In this document: positions 17,131 to 25,699 of the stretch, in pieces
How the letters are laid out: every line of letters begins with the position of its first letter
Numbering within the stretch: position 1 is the first letter of the stretch
DNA from: Clostridia bacterium
GTDB lineage: Bacteria > Bacillota > Clostridia > Oscillospirales > CAG-272
Length of the DNA: 64,000 nucleotides
Reading direction: 5' to 3'
Assembly: GCA_017464805.1 (NCBI GenBank)
Contig: JAFTYE010000004.1
Coordinates: forward strand, 6,412 to 70,411
Translations under genes and position numbers: made by a program
The notes under the pieces: model-generated
Seen by the model: only the letters and a program-made list of their open reading frames with translations
The model's database searches: none
What the model was told of the DNA's origin: nothing

Positions 17131-17490
17131 GTGCATCTGCAGGAATCTGGCGAAATGTATCTGGAGGCGATCTATATCCTGTCCGAGGGTGGGCGGGCCG
17201 TGCGCGCCGTAGATGTAGGCGAATACCGCGGCTACTCCAAGCCCAGCGTCAGCCGCGCCGTCGGGCTTTTGAAAAAGGGCGGCTACGTGGAGACGGACGA
17301 GGATGGCTTTCTGCACCTGACACATGAGGGTCGCGCCGTGGCCGAAAAGATGTTTGAGCGGCACACCACCATTACCGAACTACTCGTTCACCTGGGCGTT
17401 GCGCGCGAGGTCGCGGAGGAGGACGCTTGCCGCATCGAGCATGCCATCAGCGACGAGACCTTTGCTGCCATCAAGCGGTTCATTAAATAA
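17131..17490 (+). CDS. DtxR/MntR-family metal-dependent transcriptional repressor (short form, no SH3 domain)
   Basis: GTG start after a GGAGGTGAGAAGG SD. SGEMYLEAIYIL, SKPSVSRAVGLLKKGGYV (wHTH) and RHTTITELLV helices are typical of DtxR-family proteins. The track ORF start (16834) runs through two promoters and is rejected. Confidence 0.8.
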   Translation: MHLQESGEMYLEAIYILSEGGRAVRAVDVGEYRGYSKPSVSRAVGLLKKGGYVETDEDGFLHLTHEGRAVAEKMFERHTTITELLVHLGVAREVAEEDACRIEHAISDETFAAIKRFIK

Positions 17491-17510
17491 ACAGGAAACA
17501 GGAACATCAA

Positions 17511-17541
17511 TCGGCAGGGCATGGGCCCTGCCGACTTTTTT
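17511..17541 (+). terminator. Intrinsic terminator after the DtxR-like gene
   Basis: TCGGCAGGGC-ATGG-GCCCTGCCGA followed by CTTTTTT. Confidence 0.85.
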
Positions 17542-17662
17542 GAGTGGTTTGGGGACAAGTGCATGCCTACTGTCGCAGGGGGAGGTGCCAACTTTTACGA
17601 GGCACAGAGGGTGTACACAGGAGAATTGTCAGCGAAGCTGATCGAAAGGGCCGTTTTTCAAA

Positions 17663-17698
17663 AATTCCCTGTGCGGAGCAGGGAATTTTTTCGTTTTT
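17663..17698. terminator. Second, bidirectional terminator-like hairpin
   Basis: AATTCCCTG-TGCGGAG-CAGGGAATT with TTTTTCGTTTTT after it (+ strand) and TTTTTG after it (- strand). Confidence 0.6.
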
Positions 17699-17702
17699 CC
17701 TA

Positions 17703-17741
17703 TTGACAAGAGGCACGAATGCGAGTATAATTGTATACAAT
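17703..17741 (+). promoter_or_regulatory. Sigma-A promoter of the citrate-synthase operon with an abutting 12-bp perfect palindrome (candidate GntR operator)
   Basis: TTGACA (17703-17708), 17-nt spacer, TATAAT (17726-17731). ATTGTATACAAT at 17730-17741. Confidence 0.7.
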
Positions 17742-17800
17742 CATACAGAGATACCCTCATACCCGTGTACCACCATACCCTTATACGAAAGGAAAAAAGC

Positions 17801-19162
17801 ATGTTAGAGATATCCGAAAAGACCAACCTGCTCGAGCAGAAGAGCTATAAGTATTCGCTCCAGGATGTGGCCGAGCCGAATCTATATCGCGACATCTACC
17901 CCTATTCGGATGTGCCGCGCGTGGCGTTCAACCATCGTCGCGTGCCGATCGGTATGCCGCGCGAGATCTGGATCACCGACACCTCCTTCCGCGACGGGCA
18001 GCAGTCGGTTGAGCCCTACACGGTCGAGCAGATTGTGGAGCTTTTCAAGATGCTCTCCCGCCTCGGCGGCCCGTACGGCATCATCCGCCAGACCGAGTTC
18101 TTCGTGTACAGCGAAAAGGATCGCCGCGCGATCGAGAAGTGTCAGGAGCTGGGGCTGAAATTCCCCGAGATCACCACTTGGATCCGCGCCAGCCGCGAGG
18201 ATTTTCGTCTCGTGCGCGATCTCGGCATCCGCGAAACGGGCATTCTGGTGTCCTGCAGTGACTACCACATTTTCAAGAAAATGAAGATGACCCGCCGTCA
18301 GTGCATGGATCACTACTTGGCCGCCGTTTCCGACGCCTTTGAGGCGGGGGTCATGCCCCGTTGTCACCTCGAGGATGTGACGCGCGCGGACTTCTACGGC
18401 TTCGTTGTGCCCTTTGTCAACGAGCTGATGCAAATGTCCGAGGACGCGGGCATTCCCGTCAAGATCCGTGCCTGCGACACCATGGGCTACGGCGTGCCGT
18501 ATACCGAGGTTGCCCTGCCGCGAAGCGTGCCCGGCATCATCTACGGCTTGCAGCACTATTCCGACGTGCCCAGCGAAATGCTGGAATGGCACGGCCATAA
18601 CGACTTCTACAAATCGGTCGCCAACGCCACCGCTGCCTGGCTGTACGGCGCATCGGCCGTCAACTGCTCCCTGCTAGGTATCGGTGAGCGCACGGGTAAT
18701 ATCCCGCTAGAGGCCATGGTCTTTGAGTATGCCTCCTTGCGCGGTTCGCTGGACGGCATGGATACCACCGCCATCACCGATATCGCCAACTATTTCAAGC
18801 ACGAAATGGGCTACCGCGTGCCTCCCATGACCCCCTTTGTCGGCAAAAACTTCAACGTCACCCGTGCGGGCATCCACGCGGACGGACTGTTAAAGGATCA
18901 AGAGATCTACAATATTTTCGACACCGAAAAGCTGCTCGGTCGCCGTCCCTCGGTCATGATCAGCAAGACCTCGGGTCTTGCGGGCATCGCCTACTGGATC
19001 AACGAATACTACGAGCTGCCGCCCGAGCGTGCCGTGGATAAGCACTCCAAGCTTGTCGTGAACCTCAAAAAGTGGATTGATGAGGAGTACGAGGCCGGCA
19101 GACAGACCGCTATCTCCCCCATCGAGCTGGATGAAAAGATCCACGCATTCGGGGGCATATAA
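17801..19162 (+). CDS. Re-face citrate synthase (homocitrate/2-isopropylmalate synthase-related, HMGL-like fold)
   Basis: ITDTSFRDGQQS HMGL-like motif and HGHNDFY metal site, about 453 aa. Sits directly upstream of aconitase and isocitrate dehydrogenase, as in clostridial Re-citrate synthase loci. Start at MLEISEK after GAAAGGAAAAAAGC. Confidence 0.75.
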   Translation: MLEISEKTNLLEQKSYKYSLQDVAEPNLYRDIYPYSDVPRVAFNHRRVPIGMPREIWITDTSFRDGQQSVEPYTVEQIVELFKMLSRLGGPYGIIRQTEFFVYSEKDRRAIEKCQELGLKFPEITTWIRASREDFRLVRDLGIRETGILVSCSDYHIFKKMKMTRRQCMDHYLAAVSDAFEAGVMPRCHLEDVTRADFYGFVVPFVNELMQMSEDAGIPVKIRACDTMGYGVPYTEVALPRSVPGIIYGLQHYSDVPSEMLEWHGHNDFYKSVANATAAWLYGASAVNCSLLGIGERTGNIPLEAMVFEYASLRGSLDGMDTTAITDIANYFKHEMGYRVPPMTPFVGKNFNVTRAGIHADGLLKDQEIYNIFDTEKLLGRRPSVMISKTSGLAGIAYWINEYYELPPERAVDKHSKLVVNLKKWIDEEYEAGRQTAISPIELDEKIHAFGGI

Positions 19163-19177
19163 GAAAAGGAGAATGAC

Positions 19178-19822
19178 ATGGAACAGCATAAGACGATATC
19201 GCTTGCCGATCAGGTATTTGAACGGCTGGAGGGCGAAATTCTGGGCGGCAAGTACCAGCAGGGCGATGTGCTCACCGAGGCACGCCTGACCGAGGATCTG
19301 GGCGTCAGCCGTACCCCTGTACGGGAGGCCCTGCGCCGCCTGGAGCAGGAGCACATTGTGGAGCTTTCCCCGCGCGGCATCGTCATTCTGGGTGTGACCG
19401 AAAAGGACATTCAGGACATTTACGCCGTGCGTATGCAGATCGAGGGAATGGCCGCGGCACGTGCTGCCGAGAGTGACAACGCCGAGCGACTTGCTGAATT
19501 AAAGGAAGCCCTGGAGCTGCAGGAATACTACGTGGGACGCCACGATGCGGAGCGCATCCGTTATATGGACAACCGCTTCCATGAGCTGCTCTACCGTATG
19601 AGCGGTAGCGGCGTTCTGTACGATACCCTGCTTCCACTCCATAAAAAGGCACAGAAGTTCCGCAAGGCGTCCGTGCAGAACGAGAGCCGCGCGGAGCAGT
19701 CCGCACGCGAGCACCGAGAGATTTTTGAGGCCGTCCTCGCCCACGATCCCGTGGCGGCGGAAAAGGCCATGCAAGAGCACGTCCGCCGCGCAGGCGATCA
19801 CATCATGAAGAAAAGAGGCTAA
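19178..19822 (+). CDS. GntR-family transcriptional regulator (FadR/FCD subfamily)
   Basis: N-terminal wHTH (LTEARLTEDLGVSRTPVREALRRLEQE) plus an all-helical FCD-type C-domain. Confidence 0.85.
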   Translation: MEQHKTISLADQVFERLEGEILGGKYQQGDVLTEARLTEDLGVSRTPVREALRRLEQEHIVELSPRGIVILGVTEKDIQDIYAVRMQIEGMAAARAAESDNAERLAELKEALELQEYYVGRHDAERIRYMDNRFHELLYRMSGSGVLYDTLLPLHKKAQKFRKASVQNESRAEQSAREHREIFEAVLAHDPVAAEKAMQEHVRRAGDHIMKKRG

Positions 19823-19824
19823 TC

Positions 19825-21759
19825 ATGGGACTTACCATTGCGGAAAAAATCATCCAAGCACATCTTATCGAGGGGGATATGACCGTTCGCGGTGGCGACA
19901 TTGCCCTTCGCATCGACCAAACGCTCACGCAGGACGCGACGGGTACCATGGCGTATCTTGAGCTTGAAGCCATGGGCATCGACCGCGTGCGTACCGAGCG
20001 TAGCGTGGCCTATATCGATCACAACACCCTGCAATCCGGCTTTGAGAACGCGGACGATCACCGCTACATCCAGTCGGTTGCCGAAAAATACGGTATCTAT
20101 TTCTCTCGCCCCGGTAACGGCATCTGCCACCAGGTGCATCTGGAACGCTTCGGTGTCCCCGGCAAGACCCTGATCGGCTCGGACAGCCACACCCCCACGG
20201 GTGGCGGCATCGGCATGCTGGCCTTCGGTGCGGGCGGTATGGATGTGGCCGTCGCCATGGGCGGCGGCGCATACCACATCACCATGCCCAAAATGATCAG
20301 GATCAACCTCACGGGCAAGCTGAACCCCTTCGTTACCGCCAAGGACGTGAGCCTGGAGGCACTTCGCATCCTGTCTGTGAAGGGCGGTGTCGGTGCGATC
20401 GTCGAATGGGGCGGCGAGGGTGTTTTGACCCTTTCGGTGCCCGAGCGTGCTACCATCACCAACATGGGCGCGGAGCTGGGTGCCACCACCTCGATCTTCC
20501 CTTCGGACGAGGTCACGCGCGCATTCCTTGCCGCCGAGGGCAGGGAAGAGGTCTACACTCCCCTCGCCTCGGACGAGGATGCCGTCTACGACCGCGTCAT
20601 TGACATCGATCTTTCGACTCTCGAACCCCTGATCGCCTGCCCCCATATGCCCGACAATGTGGTCAAGGTCAGCAGCTTGAAGGGAACGAAGGTCGATCAG
20701 GTCTGCATCGGCTCCTGTACCAACTCCTCGCTGTACGATATGTTGAAGGTGGCCGCGCTCCTTCGCGGCAAGACCGTTGCAAAGACCGTCAGCCTGTCCA
20801 TCTCCCCCGGCTCGAAGCAGGTGCTTGCCATGCTGTCGGAATGCGGCGCGTTGACCGATATGCTCTCTGCGGGTGCGCGCGTGCTGGAATGCGCGTGCGG
20901 TCCCTGCATCGGCATGGGCTTCTCCCCGAATTCGGGCGGCGTCAGCCTGCGTACCTTCAACCGCAACTTTGAGGGCCGCAGCGGCACGAAGGATGCCAAG
21001 GTCTACCTCGTTTCTCCCGAATGTGCGGTAGCCGCCGCGCTGACGGGTGAGATCACCGACCCCCGCTTGCTTGGCGACGCTCCTGTGGTCGAGATGCCCG
21101 CAAAGTTCCGCATCGACGACTCGGCTATTCTGCCCCCTGCCCCCGCCGATAAGGCCAAGGATGTGGAGGTGCTTCGCGGCCCGAATATCAAGGAATTCCC
21201 GAGGTGTCGCCCGCAGGAAGATACCCTGTCGGCCGAGCTGGTGCTCAAGGTTGGCGATAACATCACCACCGACCACATCATGCCCGCCGGCGCGAAGATC
21301 CTGCCCTACCGTTCCAATATTCCCTACCTGTCCAAATTCTGCTTCGCTGTGTGCGACGAAAGCTTCCCTGAGCGCGCGCTTGCCGCAGGGGACGGCATCG
21401 TGCTGGGCGGCAGTAACTACGGCCAGGGCTCCTCGCGTGAGCACGCGGCACTCGTGCCGCTCTACCTTGGCGTGCGCGCCGTGGTCGCCAAGAGCTTCGC
21501 GCGTATCCACGCCGCCAATCTCATCAATGCGGGCATCATGCCCCTGACCCTTACCAACCCCGATGACTACGACAAGCTGTCGCAGGGCGACCGCCTCCGC
21601 ATCGACGGCGTACACGCGGGACTTGTATCGGGGGAGATGACGCTGGTTGATGAAACGAACGGCGCGCGCGTGCCGCTGACTTGCCGGTTCACCGAACGGC
21701 AGGCGGAAATGCTCCGCCTTGGCGGTCTGCTCGCCTACACCAAGGAGAAAGGGGAATAA
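19825..21759 (+). CDS. Aconitate hydratase
   Basis: 644 aa. Fe-S ligand motifs GSDSHT, IGSCTN and CGPCIG. Swivel-domain motif GSNYGQGSSREHAA. Confidence 0.9.
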   Translation: MGLTIAEKIIQAHLIEGDMTVRGGDIALRIDQTLTQDATGTMAYLELEAMGIDRVRTERSVAYIDHNTLQSGFENADDHRYIQSVAEKYGIYFSRPGNGICHQVHLERFGVPGKTLIGSDSHTPTGGGIGMLAFGAGGMDVAVAMGGGAYHITMPKMIRINLTGKLNPFVTAKDVSLEALRILSVKGGVGAIVEWGGEGVLTLSVPERATITNMGAELGATTSIFPSDEVTRAFLAAEGREEVYTPLASDEDAVYDRVIDIDLSTLEPLIACPHMPDNVVKVSSLKGTKVDQVCIGSCTNSSLYDMLKVAALLRGKTVAKTVSLSISPGSKQVLAMLSECGALTDMLSAGARVLECACGPCIGMGFSPNSGGVSLRTFNRNFEGRSGTKDAKVYLVSPECAVAAALTGEITDPRLLGDAPVVEMPAKFRIDDSAILPPAPADKAKDVEVLRGPNIKEFPRCRPQEDTLSAELVLKVGDNITTDHIMPAGAKILPYRSNIPYLSKFCFAVCDESFPERALAAGDGIVLGGSNYGQGSSREHAALVPLYLGVRAVVAKSFARIHAANLINAGIMPLTLTNPDDYDKLSQGDRLRIDGVHAGLVSGEMTLVDETNGARVPLTCRFTERQAEMLRLGGLLAYTKEKGE

Positions 21760-21760
21760 T

Positions 21761-22906
21761 ATGCTCACCGAACAAATCGAATCCGCTGTCGCGTCCTTCC
21801 GCGCACTTCTTGTCGAACAGATCGCCCGTACGGGGGAAATGGAAAAGGCACCCCCTGCGAAGGACTACAAAAATATGGAAAAGATCCGCGTCGGCCTTGT
21901 GGACGGCGACGGCATCGGCCCCATCATCATGCGCGAGGCAAAGCGCGTGCTTGCCTGTGTGCTGGCCGATCAGGTAGCCTTCGGTCGCGTGGAGCTGGTG
22001 GACATCGCAGGCTTGACTCTTGAAAATCGCATCGAAAAGGGAAAGGCCATTCCCGACGATGTGCTGGCGGCTATCAAATCCTGTGACGTGCTACTGAAGG
22101 GCCCGACCACCACCCCCAAGGGTGGCACCATGGAAAGCGCGAACGTCGCCATGCGGCGCGAGCTGGACCTATATGCCAATGTCCGTCCCGTCGCCCTGCC
22201 CGGACAGGGCATCGACTGGACTTTCTTCCGCGAGAATACCGAGGGTGAGTACGTGCTCGGCAGTCGCGGTGTGGAAATTCCCGGCAAGCTCGCCATGGAC
22301 TTTAAGGTCACCACCGTGGCAGGCACACGCCGTATCGCGCGCGCCGCATTCGAGTACGCGAGGAACAACGGCAAAAAGAGCGTGGCGATCGTCACCAAGG
22401 CGAACATTATGAAAAAGACCGACGGCAGCTTCTCGGCGATCTGTCATGAGATCGCCGCCGAATATCCCGAGATCACAGCCGAGGATTGGTACATCGACAT
22501 CATGACTGCCAACCTCGTCAACGAGAAGATTCGCTCGCGTTTTGAGGTGTTTTTGCTCCCCAACCTCTACGGCGACATCATCACCGACGAGGCTGCCCAG
22601 ATCCAGGGCGGTGTAGGCACGGCAGGCTCGGCAAACATCGGCGACCGCTATGCCATGTTTGAGGCGATCCACGGCTCTGCGCCCCGTATGATCGAGGAAG
22701 GGATCGGCGAGTACGCCAACCCCGAAAGCATCCTGCGTGCCGCCGTCATGCTGCTCTCGCACATCGGTCTGCAAGAGGAAGCCGACCGCCTAAAAAATGC
22801 CCTTGACACCTGCGCCGCCGAGCGGCGCGTATTCGTCACGGGTGACCGCGACGGTGCCACTTGCGCCGCCTATGCGGATTACGTGATGGAGACATTGAAC
22901 AAATGA
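21761..22906 (+). CDS. Isocitrate dehydrogenase (isocitrate/isopropylmalate dehydrogenase family, probably NAD(P)-dependent IDH)
   Basis: VDGDGIGPIIM, FRENTEGEY, NLYGDIITDEAAQIQGGVG and FEAIHGSAP motifs. Operon context with aconitase. Confidence 0.8.
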   Translation: MLTEQIESAVASFRALLVEQIARTGEMEKAPPAKDYKNMEKIRVGLVDGDGIGPIIMREAKRVLACVLADQVAFGRVELVDIAGLTLENRIEKGKAIPDDVLAAIKSCDVLLKGPTTTPKGGTMESANVAMRRELDLYANVRPVALPGQGIDWTFFRENTEGEYVLGSRGVEIPGKLAMDFKVTTVAGTRRIARAAFEYARNNGKKSVAIVTKANIMKKTDGSFSAICHEIAAEYPEITAEDWYIDIMTANLVNEKIRSRFEVFLLPNLYGDIITDEAAQIQGGVGTAGSANIGDRYAMFEAIHGSAPRMIEEGIGEYANPESILRAAVMLLSHIGLQEEADRLKNALDTCAAERRVFVTGDRDGATCAAYADYVMETLNK

Positions 22907-22911
22907 GAAAA

Positions 22912-22940
22912 AGGCTGGCGCATTGCGTCAGCCTTTTTTG
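22912..22940. terminator. Bidirectional intrinsic terminator
   Basis: AGGCTG-loop-CAGCCT flanked by A5 and T6, between convergent operons. Confidence 0.75.
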
Positions 22941-22944
22941 TTTC

Positions 22945-23316
22945 TTAAATTTCTGCTATAACCTCGACTTCGACGAGGGCACCCTTGGGGAGTGCCTTGG
23001 CCGCCACGCAGCTACGTGCGGGCTTTTCGGTGAAATATTTGCCGTAGACCTCGTTAAAGGCGGCAAAATCTGCCATATCGGCAAGGAAACAGGTCGTTTT
23101 GATCGCTTTTTCGTAGGACGAACCGGCGGCGGCGAGTACCTCGCCGAGGTTTTTCATCACCTGCTCGGTCTGGCAGACGATGCACTCACCCATTAGGTTG
23201 CCCGTGGCGGGGTCAAGGGCGATCTGCCCCGAGGTATAGACCAGGTTGCCGACTACTACGGCCTGCGAATACGGGCCAATGGCGGCGGGCGCTTTGTCGG
23301 TTGCAATTTTTTTCAT
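22945..23316 (-). CDS. ridA: RidA (YjgF/YER057c/UK114) family reactive enamine/imine deaminase
   Basis: 123 aa. APAAIGPYSQAV, VYTSGQI, ARSCV and LPKGALVEVE are family motifs. Confidence 0.9.
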   Translation of the reverse strand: MKKIATDKAPAAIGPYSQAVVVGNLVYTSGQIALDPATGNLMGECIVCQTEQVMKNLGEVLAAAGSSYEKAIKTTCFLADMADFAAFNEVYGKYFTEKPARSCVAAKALPKGALVEVEVIAEI

Positions 23317-23327
23317 GATCTTCTCCT

Positions 23328-24521
23328 TTATAACAGCTTAAACCCGAAATCGAGAAGTGCCTTCTTGATCTCGGCAATATGCTCGTAGTTTCTCGTTTCC
23401 AGAACGATGCGCAGATAACAACCGTTGACATCCGAGCCCTCGTTCGCGCGCTCGTGGTGGACGGAGATGACGTTGCCGCCCATGTCCGCGATGATGCGGG
23501 ATACGTTCTTAAGCTGACCGGGCTTGTCTACCAGTTCGATCATCAGCTGGCAGGTACGGCCTGACATTTGTAGACCGCGCTGGATCACGCGGGAGAGGAT
23601 GGTCACGTCGATGTTGCCGCCCGAAAGCAGGCAGACCGTCTTTTTCCCGGCGGTAGGAACCTTGCCGAACATGGCCGCCGCGACCGCCACCGCACCCGCG
23701 CCCTCGGTCATCAGCTTGTGCTGCTCCATCAGGGCAAGGATCGCCGCCGCGATCTCATCGTCGGACACGGTCACGATCTCGTCCACGTACTGACGGCAGA
23801 GCTCGTAGGTCAGATCCCCCGGCTTCTTCACCGCAATACCGTCTGCGATGGTGGAAACGGCAGAAAGCTCTCGGATCTCTCCGCTCTCGACCGAATTTTT
23901 CATCGAGGGTGCGCCGGAGGCCTGCACGCCGTAGACCTTGACGTTCGGGTTGATGGTTTTGATGGTGTAGGCGATGCCCGAGATCAGGCCGCCGCCGCCG
24001 ATCGGCACGACCACCGCATCCAGATCGGGCAGCTGCTCCGCGATTTCCAAGGCGATCGTTCCTTGACCGGCGATCACATCCTCGTCGTTAAAGGGGTGAA
24101 TGAAGGTGTAGCCCTTCTCGTCGCGCAGTTCAAGCGCGCGGCGGTAGGCATCGTCGTACACGCCCTCCACCAGGCAGACCTCCGCACCGTAGCTCTTGGT
24201 CGCCTCAACCTTGGAGATGGGCGCACCGTCAGGCAGGCAGATGACCGCCTTGATGCCGTTCTTCTGCGCCGAGAGGGCAACGCCCTGTGCGTGGTTGCCT
24301 GCGGAGCAGGCGATGACGCCGCGCGCCTTTTCCTCGTCCGACAGGCGGGACATTTTGTAGTAGGAGCCGCGCACCTTAAAGGAGCCCGTGATCTGCAGGT
24401 TCTCCGCCTTCAGATACAGCTCCGCCCCCGGCACCAGCTTGGGTGCGTAGATCATGTCCGTTTCGCGGATGACCTGCTTTAGGGCGTAGCTTGCGCGGTA
24501 AACGTTGTCAAGTGTCAGCAT
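23328..24521 (-). CDS. ilvA: Threonine ammonia-lyase (biosynthetic-type with a single ACT-like domain)
   Basis: PLP-lysine motif ITGSFKVRG, SAGNHAQGVA, glycine loop GGGGLISG, C-terminal ACT-like domain. The ATG at 24521 with a GAGGA SD is preferred over the GTG at 24536. Confidence 0.9.
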   Translation of the reverse strand: MLTLDNVYRASYALKQVIRETDMIYAPKLVPGAELYLKAENLQITGSFKVRGSYYKMSRLSDEEKARGVIACSAGNHAQGVALSAQKNGIKAVICLPDGAPISKVEATKSYGAEVCLVEGVYDDAYRRALELRDEKGYTFIHPFNDEDVIAGQGTIALEIAEQLPDLDAVVVPIGGGGLISGIAYTIKTINPNVKVYGVQASGAPSMKNSVESGEIRELSAVSTIADGIAVKKPGDLTYELCRQYVDEIVTVSDDEIAAAILALMEQHKLMTEGAGAVAVAAAMFGKVPTAGKKTVCLLSGGNIDVTILSRVIQRGLQMSGRTCQLMIELVDKPGQLKNVSRIIADMGGNVISVHHERANEGSDVNGCYLRIVLETRNYEHIAEIKKALLDFGFKLL

Positions 24522-24532
24522 AGCGTTTTTCC

Positions 24533-25699
24533 TCACATAAGACTTTCAATAAACTGCTCCGCAGAGCGGGCGGAACGGTATCCGCGTGCCAGCGCGAACG
24601 CCTCTGCCTCGCGTTCCAGCTCGGCCTTGTCCTTTTTTACGCCGCGCCGTGCGGCCAGTTCGTTGACGATTTCCAGATACAGGCTCTTTTCGGGCTTGGC
24701 AAACAACACGCGCAGACCGAATCGCTCGGAAAGCGAAAGCGTTTCCTGCACGGTGTCGTTGCGGTGGATGTCCCCACCCTCACGCTCGGAGAAGGTCTCC
24801 TTCACCATGTGGCGGCGGTTGCTCGTCGCGTAGATAACTGCGTTGGCTGCCCGTGCACAGGCCGATCCTTCCAGCGTGGCTTTGAGCATACTGAAGCTGT
24901 CGTCGTTCTGATTAAAGGACAGGTCGTCGACAAAAATGATGAATTTCAAGGGGTTTTCGCTGATCTCGTCCATGACGCGCGGCAGCAGCAGGAGCTGATT
25001 TTTCCGTAGCTCAATCAGGCGAAGGCCGCGGTCAAAGTACGCGTTGACGATCGCCTTGACCGTCGAGGATTTGCCCGTGCCCGCGTCGCCGTACAGCAGG
25101 GCGTTGGTTGCCGAGCGACCGTCAAGAAAGGCCAGCGTGTTTTCGATCACGCGCTCCCGCTCCTCGCGGTAGCCCACAAAGCGGTCAAGCGAGATGCGGT
25201 CGGCCGAGGCAATAGGCAGGATCTCGCCCTCCTCTCCGACCGAAAACATGGCCGAGGAGGTAAAGATGCCGTAGCCGTACTTCCCGATATCCGCAACACG
25301 CTTGTCATATTCCGCGACAAGGTCGATTTCGTGCGATTCAAACTGTGGGGCGTCGTCGCCCATCCCGAAATTCGCAGGGGTAAGGGAGGCAAGGGCAGAG
25401 AGCGTGGCAAGCTCCGCGTGCGCGGCACGCGCCACGTTCGGGTTGACGGCCTGCATGTTGCCCATCGCCTTGACGTATACGTTCTCGTCCGAGAACACCG
25501 CGTGCCGTACACATTCGGAAAGACTGCCGCCGCCGCAGTAGATCTCGTGTACGAGAGCACCGTAAGCGCGGTGCTTCGCAAAGGAGCCGTCCTCTGCCTC
25601 GCAGAAGGCGGCAAGTGCCTCAAAAAGCGGTTTTTTGTGCAGACCGCCGAACACAGCAAAGGCACATATTTTCCGGTAGATTTCAAGCAGCTTCATCAT
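24533..25699 (-). CDS. DUF815-type AAA/P-loop ATPase of unknown function
   Basis: Walker A LLYGDAGTGKSS and Walker B FIIFVDDLSF. Overall layout is typical of DUF815 proteins. The start follows the leuB stop directly (TAAATG). Confidence 0.7.
   Translation of the reverse strand: MMKLLEIYRKICAFAVFGGLHKKPLFEALAAFCEAEDGSFAKHRAYGALVHEIYCGGGSLSECVRHAVFSDENVYVKAMGNMQAVNPNVARAAHAELATLSALASLTPANFGMGDDAPQFESHEIDLVAEYDKRVADIGKYGYGIFTSSAMFSVGEEGEILPIASADRISLDRFVGYREERERVIENTLAFLDGRSATNALLYGDAGTGKSSTVKAIVNAYFDRGLRLIELRKNQLLLLPRVMDEISENPLKFIIFVDDLSFNQNDDSFSMLKATLEGSACARAANAVIYATSNRRHMVKETFSEREGGDIHRNDTVQETLSLSERFGLRVLFAKPEKSLYLEIVNELAARRGVKKDKAELEREAEAFALARGYRSARSAEQFIESLM

Noticed and set aside
19819-21768. 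649-aa ORF on the - strand
   Set aside because: It is antisense to aconitase, whose Fe-S ligand motifs are unambiguous. It is a GC-driven open frame with Arg/Gly/Ala-rich junk composition.
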